Assembly: GCA_037445065.1 (NCBI GenBank)
Contig: JBBILD010000006.1
Coordinates: 137,187-201,186 of the forward strand
Direction: 5' to 3'
Source: Myxococcales bacterium
Lineage (GTDB): Bacteria; Desulfobacterota; Binatia; HRBIN30
DNA: 64,000 nt
Shown here: piece by piece, positions 18,962-29,085 of the stretch
Position numbering within the stretch: the stretch's first letter is position 1
How the letters are laid out: the number at the start of each line of letters is the position of its first letter
Notes under the pieces: model-generated
Told to the model about the DNA's origin: nothing
What the model saw: only the letters and a program-made list of their open reading frames with translations
Database searches by the model: none
Program-made: the position numbers and the translations under genes

Positions 18962-19942
18962 TCAGCTATCTCCAACGAGGCGCCCGGTGGGATCAAGCTG
19001 CCCTGCGAGTTTTTTGGCAGTCTCGCGTTCCATAAAATCAACGATTTGCCGTTCCAGATGCAGTCCGCTCGCGGCGTTGATCTGCCGCACCGCAGAAGGG
19101 CTGGTGATATTGACCTCGGTGAGGTAGCCGCCGATTACGTCCAGCCCGGCCAGCGCGAGCCCCTCGCTGCGCAAAAAGGCACCGACCACACGTACGATTT
19201 CTTGTTCTCGCGCTGTCAGCCGGGTCGGCTCGACCCTCGCCCCCTGGTGGATGTTGGCGAGGCGGTCTAGCGCCGCCGGAATGCGGTTCACCGCCCCGAT
19301 CGCTTCCCCGTCGAGAAGGAAGATGCGCTTGTCCCCGTGGCAAACTTCGGCCAAGTACGCTTGCACGACGATGGGCTCCGGCGCGTAGCGCTCAAGCATC
19401 TCTGCGAGCGCGGCCTCGAACCCCTTACGGTCGGTGATGCGGATCCCCCGGCCACTGCACTCGCTGAGTGGCTTGAGCACGACCCGCTCGAACGACTGTG
19501 CAAACGCAAGCAGGTCGCGCGCATGCCGGCTCACGCAGGTGGGCGGGCAGAAGCGAGGGAAAAGCAGCGGAAGAAGCTTTTCGCTCCACAACAGTACGCT
19601 GCTTGGACGATTGATCACAAGCGGGCGTCTGGCCATGGCCAGGGTTTGGGCAGCAAAGCGGTAGCCCTCATCCACCGGGGGGTCTTGCCGCATGAGGATC
19701 AGGTCGAACCACTCGAGTTCTCCCTCGTATTCGCTGCTGCCAGGAACAATGGGGCGGCCGTCCGGTTCGACCGACAAGCGCCGGGCGTGGGTCAGGGCGG
19801 CGCTGCTCGTTAGCGAGAGTTCGCGCGGGAGCGCCATCCAAACTTCGTGACCCCGCCGCTCGAGTTCCTCGACCAGCAACAGCGAGGTTTCGGTTTGGAG
19901 GTTGAGTCGCTCGAGCGGATCGAGCACCACGAGCACGCGCAT
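18962..19942 (-). CDS. gshB: glutathione synthetase (ATP-grasp)
   Basis: DLILMRQDPP, VLKPLSECSGRGI, GDKRIFLLDGE and GLDVIGGYLTEVNITSP align with prokaryotic GshB. Start at M67 (MRVLVVLDP) of the tracked ORF. Confidence 0.85.
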   Translation of the reverse strand: MRVLVVLDPLERLNLQTETSLLLVEELERRGHEVWMALPRELSLTSSAALTHARRLSVEPDGRPIVPGSSEYEGELEWFDLILMRQDPPVDEGYRFAAQTLAMARRPLVINRPSSVLLWSEKLLPLLFPRFCPPTCVSRHARDLLAFAQSFERVVLKPLSECSGRGIRITDRKGFEAALAEMLERYAPEPIVVQAYLAEVCHGDKRIFLLDGEAIGAVNRIPAALDRLANIHQGARVEPTRLTAREQEIVRVVGAFLRSEGLALAGLDVIGGYLTEVNITSPSAVRQINAASGLHLERQIVDFMERETAKKLAGQLDPTGRLVGDS

Positions 19943-20154
19943 GTCCCGCACCCTAACACGCCTGCGCGCCTCCGCTACTGCGGGGGTCGTTCCCGCCCTC
20001 GGCTCGCCGAACTTGCTTGAGCACAAGGATTCAGTGCGGTAGTTTGCTGCCTCGTGTGCGTGATCTGGTTTTGTAAAACCAGCAACGAGTCGGCGGCGTT
20101 GGAGAGGCTCGCTCGAGGGGGCAACTCGCGCCGGAAGCAAGGGGGGCCGACACC

Positions 20155-20559
20155 ATGAAGCTGAGAGGGAAGGAGTTGGCCTTCATCCGTTCGCAAAGGG
20201 TGGCACGCCTAGCTACGGTCGGACCCGGAGGAGAGCCCCATAACGTTCCCGTATGTGTGGTGGCGGTGGGCGGGAATTTGTACTTTGCCTCCGAGGCGAA
20301 GGCGCGAAAGGTGAAAAACCTCGCGGCCAACCCGCGCGCGGCTCTGGTGTTCGACGTGTATGAGGAGGACTGGAACCGGCTGGCGGGAGTGATGGTGGTT
20401 GGCCGAGCAGCGATTCTGGAAAAGGGAACCACCTTCCACCGCATCCGCCTTGCGCTGTACCGGAAGTACCGGCAGTACAAGAAATTTGCGCCCATCGAAG
20501 AGGGAGAGTCGGTAATCGTGGCGATTACTCCGGAGACCTCGTTCTCATGGGGGCTCTAG
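20155..20559 (+). CDS. pyridoxamine 5'-phosphate oxidase family protein (F420/FMN-binding split barrel)
   Basis: ARLATVGPGGEPHNVPV...LYFAS...KV.NLAANPRAALVFD matches the PPOX-class split barrel. Confidence 0.7.
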   Translation: MKLRGKELAFIRSQRVARLATVGPGGEPHNVPVCVVAVGGNLYFASEAKARKVKNLAANPRAALVFDVYEEDWNRLAGVMVVGRAAILEKGTTFHRIRLALYRKYRQYKKFAPIEEGESVIVAITPETSFSWGL

Positions 20560-20584
20560 GGAAAACGACAGTTGGGAGGACGGT

Positions 20585-22666
20585 ATGCGAGAGTGGTCCC
20601 GCCTAGGAGCGGGCGTCGGCTTGGTCTTGTTTTTGTTGGTGGGGACGCAGCTCGAAGCACAAGTTTGTACCGGGGACTGCTCGGCGGACAACGAAGTCAC
20701 CATTGATGAGATCATCCTTGCGGTCAACATTGCTTTGGGATCGGCGGCTTCCTCCGCCTGCACTGCAGCGGATCAAAACGGCGACGGAGAAGTCACCATC
20801 GACGAGATCATCCAGGCGGTGAACAACGCCTTGAATGGCTGCACTCAGAGCACCCAGGACCCGTGGTTCTTCCAAAACCCGGCTCCCTCCGGCGAAGACT
20901 TGTTCGCCGTCAGCTTTCCCGACGCGCAGCACGGCTTTGCGGTGGGCAGCTTTTCCGAAGTCGTGCGCACGCGCGATGGTGGCCAGACGTGGGAGTCGGT
21001 GGCCGTCAATGACTTCTGGAACTTTTTTGCGGTCCGCTTCCTCGACGCGCAGCGGGGTTGGGTGGTCGGTGAGGCAGGGACCATGTACTTCACTGCCGAC
21101 GGCGGAGACACGTGGAGTTCTCGTACCAGCGGAACGCAGCAAGACTTGAACGGGCTCGTCTTCCTTGATCCGGCGCGCGGCTTCGCGGTGGGCAGCGGAG
21201 GCGTGCTCCTGCGCACGTCGGATGGTGGCGACACCTGGAATTCCACGGTGCTCAATGCCAGCCGGGATCTCTTTGCCATCAACTTTGCGGGACCGCAGCG
21301 CGGTTGGATCGTCGGCACGATGGGGAGCATTTGGCATTCAAGCGATAGCGGTGCGAGTTGGCAGACCCAGGCAAGCAATACTGGGGTGACTCTGTACTCC
21401 GTGGCCTTTGCCAACGAGCAGCTTGGCTTGGTGGTGGGAGACAGCGGAACGATTTTACGCACCGAGGATGGGGGCGCCCGCTGGATCCCATCGGTTGCCC
21501 CTGAGATCGTCCCGCTGTACGGCGTGGCTTGGGCCGACGCGCAGACTGCATGGATCGTCGGTGACCTGGATGACTTTGGCGAAGCTGTCATTTTCAAGTC
21601 GACGGACGGCGGCCTCACTTGGACCCGACAAGACAGCCTCAACAATAACCCGCTGTACGGGCTGGCTGCCTTAGCGATCAACGGTGCTCGGGCCGTGGGT
21701 GGCGCGGGTACGTTGCTTGCCACTGATAACGGCGAGACTTGGTCGCTACGGAACCCGGCACCGACCAATGATCTCTACGGCGTGGCTTTCCCACCCGGCG
21801 AGCCAAACGTGGGATACGCGGTCGGCGATTTCGGAGCCATCGCGGTGACGAGCGATGGAGGAGAGACATGGCTCTCGCGGGATGCCGGGACGACCGCCGG
21901 CCTGTTCGCGGTGACTTCGATTGACCCCCAACTGGCCTGGGTTGCCGGCCAGGAGGGCTTGATTCTTTACACCCGCGACGGCGGCAGTACGTGGCTTCCG
22001 CAGAGTTCCGGAACCACCGCTTCGTTGTTCGGTATCCAGTTCGTGACCGGTACGCAGGGGTGGGCGGTCGGCGAGAGCGGAACGATTCGCGTAACCACGG
22101 ACGGCGGTGGCACTTGGCGCGGGCAAAGCAGCGGCACCACACAGGACTTGTTTGGCGTTCGCTTCGTGGACGTGTCTACCGGGTGGGTCGTCGGGGATAA
22201 CGGCACGATCCTGCGCACCACCAACGGTGGTGCGACCTGGCAGCGGCAAGCCAGCGGTACGACTGAGCCACTCTTTGCCGTGGCTTGCGTGGACGCATCG
22301 ACTTGCTGGGTCGTCGGTGGTAGCGGGCAGACCGATACCACCCCTCCGGTTCAGGTCCTGCTTAAAACCACCGACGGAGGACAAAGCTGGACGCAGCAAA
22401 ATGTCTTTTGCGGCAGCAACCCTTCAGTTCCAGACAGTTCCGCTTGCCCAGACCCGCTTTTCGCCATTGTGGCGTTCGATCGGCAGACGGCTTGGGCGGT
22501 TGGGGATTTTGGTTTGATCTTGGCCACACGGGACGGGCAGCGGTGGGAGCCGCAAGCGAGCCCCACGGATGACCTACTGAATGCTCTCGCGTTCCCCACC
22601 CGGCAGGTGGGTTACATTGTTGCAACCCGCGGCACCATCTTGAAAACAGAGACGGGAGGTTTTTGA
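20585..22666 (+). CDS. secreted BNR/Ycf48-like repeat protein (two beta-propellers) with N-terminal dockerin-like double repeat
   Basis: Signal peptide. GDCSADNEVTIDEIILAVNIAL...DQNGDGEVTIDEIIQAVNNAL. About 13 SxDxGxTW-type repeats follow (DGGQTWESV, DGGDTWSS, DSGASWQTQ, ...). Confidence 0.85.
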   Translation: MREWSRLGAGVGLVLFLLVGTQLEAQVCTGDCSADNEVTIDEIILAVNIALGSAASSACTAADQNGDGEVTIDEIIQAVNNALNGCTQSTQDPWFFQNPAPSGEDLFAVSFPDAQHGFAVGSFSEVVRTRDGGQTWESVAVNDFWNFFAVRFLDAQRGWVVGEAGTMYFTADGGDTWSSRTSGTQQDLNGLVFLDPARGFAVGSGGVLLRTSDGGDTWNSTVLNASRDLFAINFAGPQRGWIVGTMGSIWHSSDSGASWQTQASNTGVTLYSVAFANEQLGLVVGDSGTILRTEDGGARWIPSVAPEIVPLYGVAWADAQTAWIVGDLDDFGEAVIFKSTDGGLTWTRQDSLNNNPLYGLAALAINGARAVGGAGTLLATDNGETWSLRNPAPTNDLYGVAFPPGEPNVGYAVGDFGAIAVTSDGGETWLSRDAGTTAGLFAVTSIDPQLAWVAGQEGLILYTRDGGSTWLPQSSGTTASLFGIQFVTGTQGWAVGESGTIRVTTDGGGTWRGQSSGTTQDLFGVRFVDVSTGWVVGDNGTILRTTNGGATWQRQASGTTEPLFAVACVDASTCWVVGGSGQTDTTPPVQVLLKTTDGGQSWTQQNVFCGSNPSVPDSSACPDPLFAIVAFDRQTAWAVGDFGLILATRDGQRWEPQASPTDDLLNALAFPTRQVGYIVATRGTILKTETGGF

Positions 22667-22684
22667 TCGCAACGGAATGCGGCG

Positions 22685-23725
22685 TTAGCGCACTCGCTCG
22701 TGCGCTCGGAAGAGGCGCTGGATTTGTTGCCGGTACGGGGCGCGGATCACGCCGCGCTCGGTGATGAGGGCCGATACGAACCGCGCAGGCGTGACGTCGA
22801 AGGCCGGGTTGGCAACGGCGACCTCCGCCGGCGCAACCCGCCGCCCCCCGCAATGCGTGACTTCCTCCGGCGGCCGTTCCTCGATGACGATGTCCTCGCC
22901 GGATGGGCACTCGCGGTCCAGCGTAGAAAGCGGTGCCGCAACATAGAAAGGCAGGCGGTGAGCACGGGCGAGTACGGCGAGACCATACGTGCCGATCTTG
23001 TTGGCCACGTCTCCGTTGGCTGCAATGCGATCCGCCCCCACGATGACGCAGTCCACCTCGCCGCGCCTCATTCGATCTGCGGCCATGTTATCCGTGATCA
23101 GCGTCACCGGGACGCCGTCGCGCACGAGTTCCCACGCGGTGAGTCGCGCTCCCTGCAAAAACGGTCGCGTTTCGGTGGCGAGCACGCTGACTTCTTTTCC
23201 TTGTTCCCGCGCCGCCCGGATCACACCCAGGGCAGTGCCGTAACCAGCGGTGGCAAGGGCGCCGGCGTTGCAGTGGGTGAGCACCCGCACACGGCGCGGT
23301 AAGAGCTTGGCCCCGAAATGCCCGAGGGCACGATTAGCTGCGCGGTCCTCCTCATAGATCGCTTGCGCTTCGGCGAGCATGGCGGCACGCACCGCGGCAA
23401 GCCCGGCACCCCGTGTTGCTGCAAACCGCTTCTGCATGCGCGCAATGGCCCAGAAGAGATTTACTGCGGTCGGGCGCGTCGAGGCGAAGGTCTCACAGAT
23501 CCGAGCGAAGGTAGCCTCTGGGTCGCGCCGCGCTTGCATCATGCCTAGCGCGATGCCGAAGGCAGCAGTCACGCCAATGGCCGGTGCCCCGCGTACTACC
23601 ATGTCGCGAATCGCTTGTGCGAGTTTTCGATAGTCGCGGTAGACTCGGTACACTTCGCGCTCCGGCAACAGCCGCTGGTCGATCAACACCACAGCGTTGT
23701 CACGCCATTCCACTGTGCGGATCAT
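22685..23725 (-). CDS. mtnA: S-methyl-5-thioribose-1-phosphate isomerase
   Basis: eIF-2B/MtnA family: [21 protein letters not shown]...[12 protein letters not shown]...[18 protein letters not shown]. Confidence 0.85.
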   Translation of the reverse strand: MIRTVEWRDNAVVLIDQRLLPEREVYRVYRDYRKLAQAIRDMVVRGAPAIGVTAAFGIALGMMQARRDPEATFARICETFASTRPTAVNLFWAIARMQKRFAATRGAGLAAVRAAMLAEAQAIYEEDRAANRALGHFGAKLLPRRVRVLTHCNAGALATAGYGTALGVIRAAREQGKEVSVLATETRPFLQGARLTAWELVRDGVPVTLITDNMAADRMRRGEVDCVIVGADRIAANGDVANKIGTYGLAVLARAHRLPFYVAAPLSTLDRECPSGEDIVIEERPPEEVTHCGGRRVAPAEVAVANPAFDVTPARFVSALITERGVIRAPYRQQIQRLFRAHERVR

Positions 23726-23825
23726 CGCTCTCGGTTTGCTAACAGATTTCCGGCTTGTTGGACCGTCGTCGTTCTAGGGCTGCCGCAGACCGCACCGGCC
23801 GGGCAGTCGGCCGCGACGGGGCGAA

Positions 23826-25022
23826 TCAGCGGCTCCTCCACTCCACTCGCGCGTCTCCGTTCTCCGCGGCGAGGGCGTTTTCCAAGTATAAACGGAACTC
23901 TTCGCGCCGCCGAAGCCACGCCTCGAAGTGCGCAAGGGTAGCGGCCAGGGCGAGATCGTGCTGGCGCTGTGGGCGCATCGAAGGTGGGTTACGCGGGCCG
24001 GCCGTGCAGGGTAGGGGACAGCCGCCGAGCTGGATCCCAGCCTCTGCTCCCCCGAGGCCCGCAGTCAGGTCGGTGTTGCCGCTGTTCGCAAGCGCGGACA
24101 AAAGTGCCGAGCAACCGAGGTCGTCGGAGTTGCTCATGTCTGCGAAGAGCCTCTCGGCTCCGTCGGTGAACGAGGTGTGGTTTCCTTGCAGTAGGGTAAC
24201 GAGGTACTTCGGAGGCTGCGCGCGCTCGAAAGCGCGCACCGCGTTTGCCTGGTACGGAACGATGGCGTCGATGTCGCCATGTACAATGAGCAGCGGCACG
24301 CTGCGGGTGGCGAAGAAGGTTTGCGTCAGGAAACAGGCTGGGGGAGCGTGTGCCACAGTGGCGGCGATGCGCGGGTCGTGAAGCTGGGGGTGAAAGGTGA
24401 CGAGCAGCGAGGTGGCGCCTCCCAGAGAGAGGCCCATGACGCCGATGGCATCGGCGTGGATTTGCCGCGCTAACCCAATGCCTCCGTTTGGCTCCCCGTC
24501 GCCGGAAAGCACCGCGCTGATGAGAAACGACACGTCGCCAGGTTGATTCGCTAGGTCGGCGAAGGTGGCTCCGCCGGGCGCATTGAAGGAGGTCAGTGGA
24601 AAATCTGCGGCGGCCACTACGTATCCGTGGCTTGCGAGATGGCGAGCGAGGTAGGTACCGCCGGCGCGATTGCCGAGGAAGCCGTGCGCGTAGACCACAA
24701 GTGGGAAGGGACCGCCATTGCGGGCAGCCATGGGAGGCCTCTCGTTCGTGGCTTCTGCAGGATACCACACAGTGGTGGGCAAGCGGCGTTCCGGAGCACC
24801 GGGGAAGTTGCGGTTGGCCATGGTCGGCCGCGAGGGGTCAGTAAACACCGCGTCAAAGGCCCCGACCGCATAAGGGCCCGGTGCCAATAGGTCTGCCGTT
24901 GTTGGGACCGCCGCCGGCTGCGCTCCTGCCTCTCCGTCGTCCCCGCACCCACCGGACCCGAGGGGAAGGATCAGCAAGAACCCCAGAAGAGCCCAGTTTC
25001 GTTTGAATCGGCTGTAGCGCAT
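23826..25022 (-). CDS. lipoprotein alpha/beta hydrolase (lipase / PAF-acetylhydrolase-like)
   Basis: Start at M101 of the tracked ORF (MRYSRFKRNWALLGFLLILPLGSGGC, lipobox). Nucleophile elbow GLSLGG. Alpha/beta-hydrolase layout. Confidence 0.75.
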   Translation of the reverse strand: MRYSRFKRNWALLGFLLILPLGSGGCGDDGEAGAQPAAVPTTADLLAPGPYAVGAFDAVFTDPSRPTMANRNFPGAPERRLPTTVWYPAEATNERPPMAARNGGPFPLVVYAHGFLGNRAGGTYLARHLASHGYVVAAADFPLTSFNAPGGATFADLANQPGDVSFLISAVLSGDGEPNGGIGLARQIHADAIGVMGLSLGGATSLLVTFHPQLHDPRIAATVAHAPPACFLTQTFFATRSVPLLIVHGDIDAIVPYQANAVRAFERAQPPKYLVTLLQGNHTSFTDGAERLFADMSNSDDLGCSALLSALANSGNTDLTAGLGGAEAGIQLGGCPLPCTAGPRNPPSMRPQRQHDLALAATLAHFEAWLRRREEFRLYLENALAAENGDARVEWRSR

Positions 25023-25137
25023 GCGCGGCGTTTTGTCGGAATGTGCAAGCTGGGTCAACAGCCGCAACTGGCGTGCCGCGCGCCTTGGTTTGGATGCTTG
25101 CATTGGGCACGAGTTGAGGAGAAAATTCGGCGAACAA

Positions 25138-26178
25138 ATGGCGGAGGAGAAAATCCCGGGCAGGGGCGCGGCGCAGAACCCCGAGAACCGTTTCGAGTCC
25201 ATCCACATCGAGTGGGATGAAGAGGACCCGGAGGGTGCGCAAACCCAGTACTTTCGCGACGCCTCGCGTAGCATCTTGGCGGCAAACGACAGCCCGGATG
25301 TTCCGTTCCGTTTCAGCCTCAATCCGTATCGGGGCTGCGAGCACGGCTGTATTTATTGTTACGCTAGACCGAGCCACGAGTACTTAGGTTGGAGCGCGGG
25401 GCTCGATTTCGAAACCCGGATCCTGGTGAAGACCGATGCACCAGAACTCTTGCGGCGTGCTCTGTCTGCGCCCGGGTGGCAGCCGCAAGTGGTTGCTTTG
25501 TCAGGCAACACCGATTGTTACCAGCCGGCCGAACGAAGGTTCGGGCTTACGCGCGCCTGCCTCGAGGTGTTTCGGGAATTTCGGAATCCGGTCGGGGTCG
25601 TGACCAAGAGTGCACTGGTGCTGCGCGATCTCGAGCTGCTCGCGGATCTGGCTCGGCAGCGCCTAGTGCACGTGGCGATTTCCGTGACCACCCTCGACCG
25701 GGAACTTACGCGGCGCCTGGAGCCCAGGGCTGCGCAGCCGGCTAAGCGGCTGGAAGCCATACGGGAACTGGCCCGCGCCGGAGTACCGGTGGCAGTGATG
25801 ATTGCCCCTGTAATCCCCGGGCTGAACGATGAGGAGATTCCAGCGATTTTGAGCGCCGCCGCGGAGGCCGGGGCCATGAGCGCTGCTTACGTGCTCCTGC
25901 GCTTGCCAGCTCCAGTGGATCGCTTGTTCGACGATTGGCTCCAACGCCATCTCCCTGAGCGGCGCGGGCGCGTGCTCGGGCGGATCCAGCAATGCCGTGG
26001 CGGGCGCCTGAACGACGTCCGTTTTGGCAGCCGCATGCGTGGCGAAGGGGACTACGCAAAGCAAATCCAGGCGCTGTTTCGCTTGATGGCACGGAAGAGC
26101 GGACTGGATCGGCCACTGCCGGAGTTGGACACGACCAACTTCCGGCGGCCGCAAGTAGGCCAGCTCAGCCTTTGGTAA
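25138..26178 (+). CDS. radical SAM protein, PA0069/SPL-like family
   Basis: NPYRGCEHGCIYCYAR motif. Start at ATG 25138 (MAEEKIPG) avoids overlap with the divergent lipoprotein gene. Confidence 0.8.
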   Translation: MAEEKIPGRGAAQNPENRFESIHIEWDEEDPEGAQTQYFRDASRSILAANDSPDVPFRFSLNPYRGCEHGCIYCYARPSHEYLGWSAGLDFETRILVKTDAPELLRRALSAPGWQPQVVALSGNTDCYQPAERRFGLTRACLEVFREFRNPVGVVTKSALVLRDLELLADLARQRLVHVAISVTTLDRELTRRLEPRAAQPAKRLEAIRELARAGVPVAVMIAPVIPGLNDEEIPAILSAAAEAGAMSAAYVLLRLPAPVDRLFDDWLQRHLPERRGRVLGRIQQCRGGRLNDVRFGSRMRGEGDYAKQIQALFRLMARKSGLDRPLPELDTTNFRRPQVGQLSLW

Positions 26179-26304
26179 CTGAGAGACACCTTTGAGCGTG
26201 AATCCACGCTCGGGTTGGCTGGGCCCCCGTTGGGGATCGAGTCCCGGGTGGAGACTGGTCTGCGAGGGCGGCCGAGCACGAGCGGTGGTGAGGCACGTGC
26301 TCAT

Positions 26305-27249
26305 CTACGCTGCGGGTCCCGGATGAAGAAGCGCCCGCCAAACTTCCGCGACCGGCAGTCGGTGGGTGCAAAACACTCCAGGCCCGCAATGCCCGCACGG
26401 ATCTGGCCGGTAAAGAACCTGCACACACTCGCCGCGCGGCGCCCAAGTCGTGGGAGAAGTAGGCCCGAACAGAACGAGCACCCGCGCCGCGAGAATCGCG
26501 GCCACATGGCTCACGCCAGAGTCGTTCCCGACATAAAGCGACGCCCCATCGAGCCAGGTGGCAACTTCGCGAATGTCTCGATCTTCGAGCCTCACGGACG
26601 CATGCTGGATGTGCTCGACGCGGCCTCTCTCCGCCGGGCCGCGAATCTCGATCACCGCACCGTGGGTTTGCTCCACCCAGCGCCGAGCCAGCTCGCCAAA
26701 TCCGGCCCAGTTCTTGGCGCCGCTTCCGCTGCCAGCGTGGACGAAGAGCGTGGGGGCTGGCAAATTGCGCAACGCGGCACACGGGTGCTCGGGGCTAGGA
26801 GGGTGCAGGCGGAACAGCGAGCGCTGCAATTTCGCCGGCTCGACGCCCAAGCACCGCGCGTAGTAGACGGTAGCGTGCTCCCCTGGGTGCATACCGCGGA
26901 ACGGGAACACCTGCACCTCCTTTGCGCCGGTCGCCTTGGCGAGAGCCTCGGCAAAGCCGGGAAGCGTTGCCCCGCTCCAGGAGTAAGCGCGTTCGACGCC
27001 CCGAAGGTGGGGCGATTCTGTGCCCTGGTCCGCCGTGCGCGGGGAGTAAAGCCGAACCACCTCTGGGTGGTCCAAAGACAATGGGTACAAGTGTGGGTGG
27101 TGGATCAAGGAAAGCCAGGCCGAGCGAGCGACAAGCACAACCTCGGTGCCCGTTTGCATGACGGCGACGGCGGCAGGAAGGAAGCAGAGAAAATCGCCGA
27201 GTGCGCCCGGGAACAGGAGGAGGACGCGCCCCTTACGCCGGTCTTTCAA
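26305..27249 (-). CDS. glycosyltransferase family 9 (LPS heptosyltransferase-like)
   Basis: RVLLLFPGALGDFLCFLPA, HAGSGSGAKNW and GNDSGVSHVAA motifs. Probable TTG start at 27249 with an AGGTGAG RBS. The tracked ORF extends to 27642, but that would run through the cysK promoter and start. Confidence 0.7.
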   Translation of the reverse strand: MKDRRKGRVLLLFPGALGDFLCFLPAAVAVMQTGTEVVLVARSAWLSLIHHPHLYPLSLDHPEVVRLYSPRTADQGTESPHLRGVERAYSWSGATLPGFAEALAKATGAKEVQVFPFRGMHPGEHATVYYARCLGVEPAKLQRSLFRLHPPSPEHPCAALRNLPAPTLFVHAGSGSGAKNWAGFGELARRWVEQTHGAVIEIRGPAERGRVEHIQHASVRLEDRDIREVATWLDGASLYVGNDSGVSHVAAILAARVLVLFGPTSPTTWAPRGECVQVLYRPDPCGHCGPGVFCTHRLPVAEVWRALLHPGPAA

Positions 27250-27278
27250 TTGACTCACCTGGGAGGTGCCGGTATCTT
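27250..27278 (+). promoter_or_regulatory. sigma70-like promoter of cysK
   Basis: TTGACT (27250-27255), 17 bp, TATCTT (27273-27278). GAGGA RBS sits before ATG 27317. Confidence 0.4.
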
Positions 27279-27316
27279 GCCGTGTGTTCGCTACGCGGCC
27301 CTTCCGTTGAGGACCC

Positions 27317-28249
27317 ATGGAAACCTCACCTGCCCATTCGGTTTTGGAGCTCATCGGTAACACCCCGGTGGTGAAGCTGCAGCGGATCGCCACCCCCGAG
27401 ATGGCGGAGGTGTGGGGGAAGCTCGAATCCATGAATCCAGGCGGGAGCGTCAAAGACCGCATTTGTCGGGCCATGATCGAGGCGGCCGAAAAAGATGGCC
27501 GCCTCAAACCTGGGGGAACGATCGTGGAGCCCACCAGCGGCAACACCGGGATCGGGCTTGCTTTGGTGGCCGCGGTCAAAGGGTACCGGTGCGTGCTGAC
27601 CATGCCGGACACGATGAGCGAAGAACGACGCAGCTTGCTCACGGCCTACGGGGCGTTTTTGGAACTAACGCCTGACAGCAAGGGCATGCACGCGGCCGTG
27701 GCTCGGGCCGAGCAGATCGCGCGCTCGCACCCCGACTTCTTTATGCCGCAGCAGTTTCGCAACCCGGCCAACCCGGAGGCACATCGGCGAACGACGGCGC
27801 AAGAATTGTTGGAAGACTTTGAACGAATCGACGCCTTTGTTGCTGGGGTAGGTACGGGCGGCACCATTACCGGCGTGGGGCAAGTGCTCCGGGAGCGTAT
27901 GCCCGGAATCCGAATCTTCGCCGTGGAGCCGGCCGCCTCGCCGGTTTTGCGTGGAGGGGAGCCAGGGTTTCATAACATCCAGGGAATTGGCGCCGGGTTC
28001 GTGCCCGAGATCCTGGATACGACGATTTACGACGAGGTCATCGAGGTTTCGGACGAAGAGGCGACCTACTTTACGCGCCGCTTGGCACAGGAAGAAGGCT
28101 TGTTATTGGGAATTTCCTCGGGTGCGAACGTGTGCGCCGCGGTCGAGGTGGCGAAGAGACTCGGCCCGGGAAAAGTGGTTGTGACCATGCTGTGCGACAC
28201 GGGCCAGCGTTACTTGAGCACACCCGTGTTTCAGTGCGAGGGAATTTGA
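27317..28249 (+). CDS. cysK: cysteine synthase (O-acetylserine sulfhydrylase)
   Basis: PLP-lysine motif GSVKDRI, LIGNTPVVKL, TSGNTGIGLA, plus the glycine-rich loop. Confidence 0.9.
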   Translation: METSPAHSVLELIGNTPVVKLQRIATPEMAEVWGKLESMNPGGSVKDRICRAMIEAAEKDGRLKPGGTIVEPTSGNTGIGLALVAAVKGYRCVLTMPDTMSEERRSLLTAYGAFLELTPDSKGMHAAVARAEQIARSHPDFFMPQQFRNPANPEAHRRTTAQELLEDFERIDAFVAGVGTGGTITGVGQVLRERMPGIRIFAVEPAASPVLRGGEPGFHNIQGIGAGFVPEILDTTIYDEVIEVSDEEATYFTRRLAQEEGLLLGISSGANVCAAVEVAKRLGPGKVVVTMLCDTGQRYLSTPVFQCEGI

Positions 28250-29085
28250 TGATGTCCAGCGACGAAAAGCTTACACGTTTGCGTGCGATCCTCCGTGGCT
28301 GCGAGCGGCTACTGGTGGCCTTTTCGGGCGGAGTGGATTCTTCCTTTTTACTGCGGGTTGCGGCTGAGGAACTGCCCGGCCAGGTGGTTGCCCTGACCAT
28401 TTCGTCACCCACCGTTCCGGCTGAGGACTACACGCTAGCGGTCGAGTTGGCGCGCATGTGGGACGTGGAGCACGTGGTGGTGGAAGCTGACGAGCTGGGC
28501 ATCCCGAACTACGCCGCCAACCCAGTCAATCGCTGCTACTTCTGCAAACACCACTTGTACGAGATCTGCGCCAAGGAGGCTGGGAAGCGCGGCATCCGCG
28601 TGATTGCCGATGGGGTGAATCGGGATGATCTGGGGGATTACCGCCCCGGACTCCAAGCCGCACAGGAAAGCGGCATTCGCCATCCCCTGGTCGAGGCGGA
28701 GCTCGGCAAGGCGGAGATTCGGGACTTGAGCCGCCGGCTCGGCCTGGCGACTTGGAACAAGCCGGCTAGTCCCTGCTTGTCGTCCCGCTTCCCTTACGGC
28801 ACGCCCATTACCCACGAGGCGCTCACGCGCGTGGCTCGAGCGGAACGGCTCTTGCGCCAAGCGGGGTTTTCCGATTGCCGGGTGCGTTATCACGGAGAGA
28901 TCGCCCGTATCGAAGTGCCAGTACCGGAACTGCCGCGCTTGGTCGAACCCTCCTTCCGGCAAGAGATCGTCAGCGAGTTTCAGGAGTTGGGTTTTCGCTT
29001 TGTTACGGTGGATCTGCAGGGGTTACGAAGTGGCAGCCTTAACGAGGGGATTGCTCTCGGATACGGGAGTTCTCTGAACTCGTAG
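28249..29085 (+). CDS. PP-loop ATP pyrophosphatase, LarE-like sulfur transferase family
   Basis: SGGVDSS PP-loop and the conserved CYFCK cysteine. ATG at 28249 overlaps the cysK stop (TGATGATG). Confidence 0.8.
   Translation: MMSSDEKLTRLRAILRGCERLLVAFSGGVDSSFLLRVAAEELPGQVVALTISSPTVPAEDYTLAVELARMWDVEHVVVEADELGIPNYAANPVNRCYFCKHHLYEICAKEAGKRGIRVIADGVNRDDLGDYRPGLQAAQESGIRHPLVEAELGKAEIRDLSRRLGLATWNKPASPCLSSRFPYGTPITHEALTRVARAERLLRQAGFSDCRVRYHGEIARIEVPVPELPRLVEPSFRQEIVSEFQELGFRFVTVDLQGLRSGSLNEGIALGYGSSLNS

Noticed and set aside
18962-19942. Idea that the ATP-grasp gene upstream of the cyclase is a RimK-like modifier of the STAND protein
   Set aside because: The sequence aligns along its full length with glutathione synthetase GshB, including substrate-binding motifs, so a canonical metabolic role is more parsimonious.
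26215-27360. 381-aa + strand ORF
   Set aside because: Antisense to the GT9 glycosyltransferase gene. It also runs through the cysK promoter and start.
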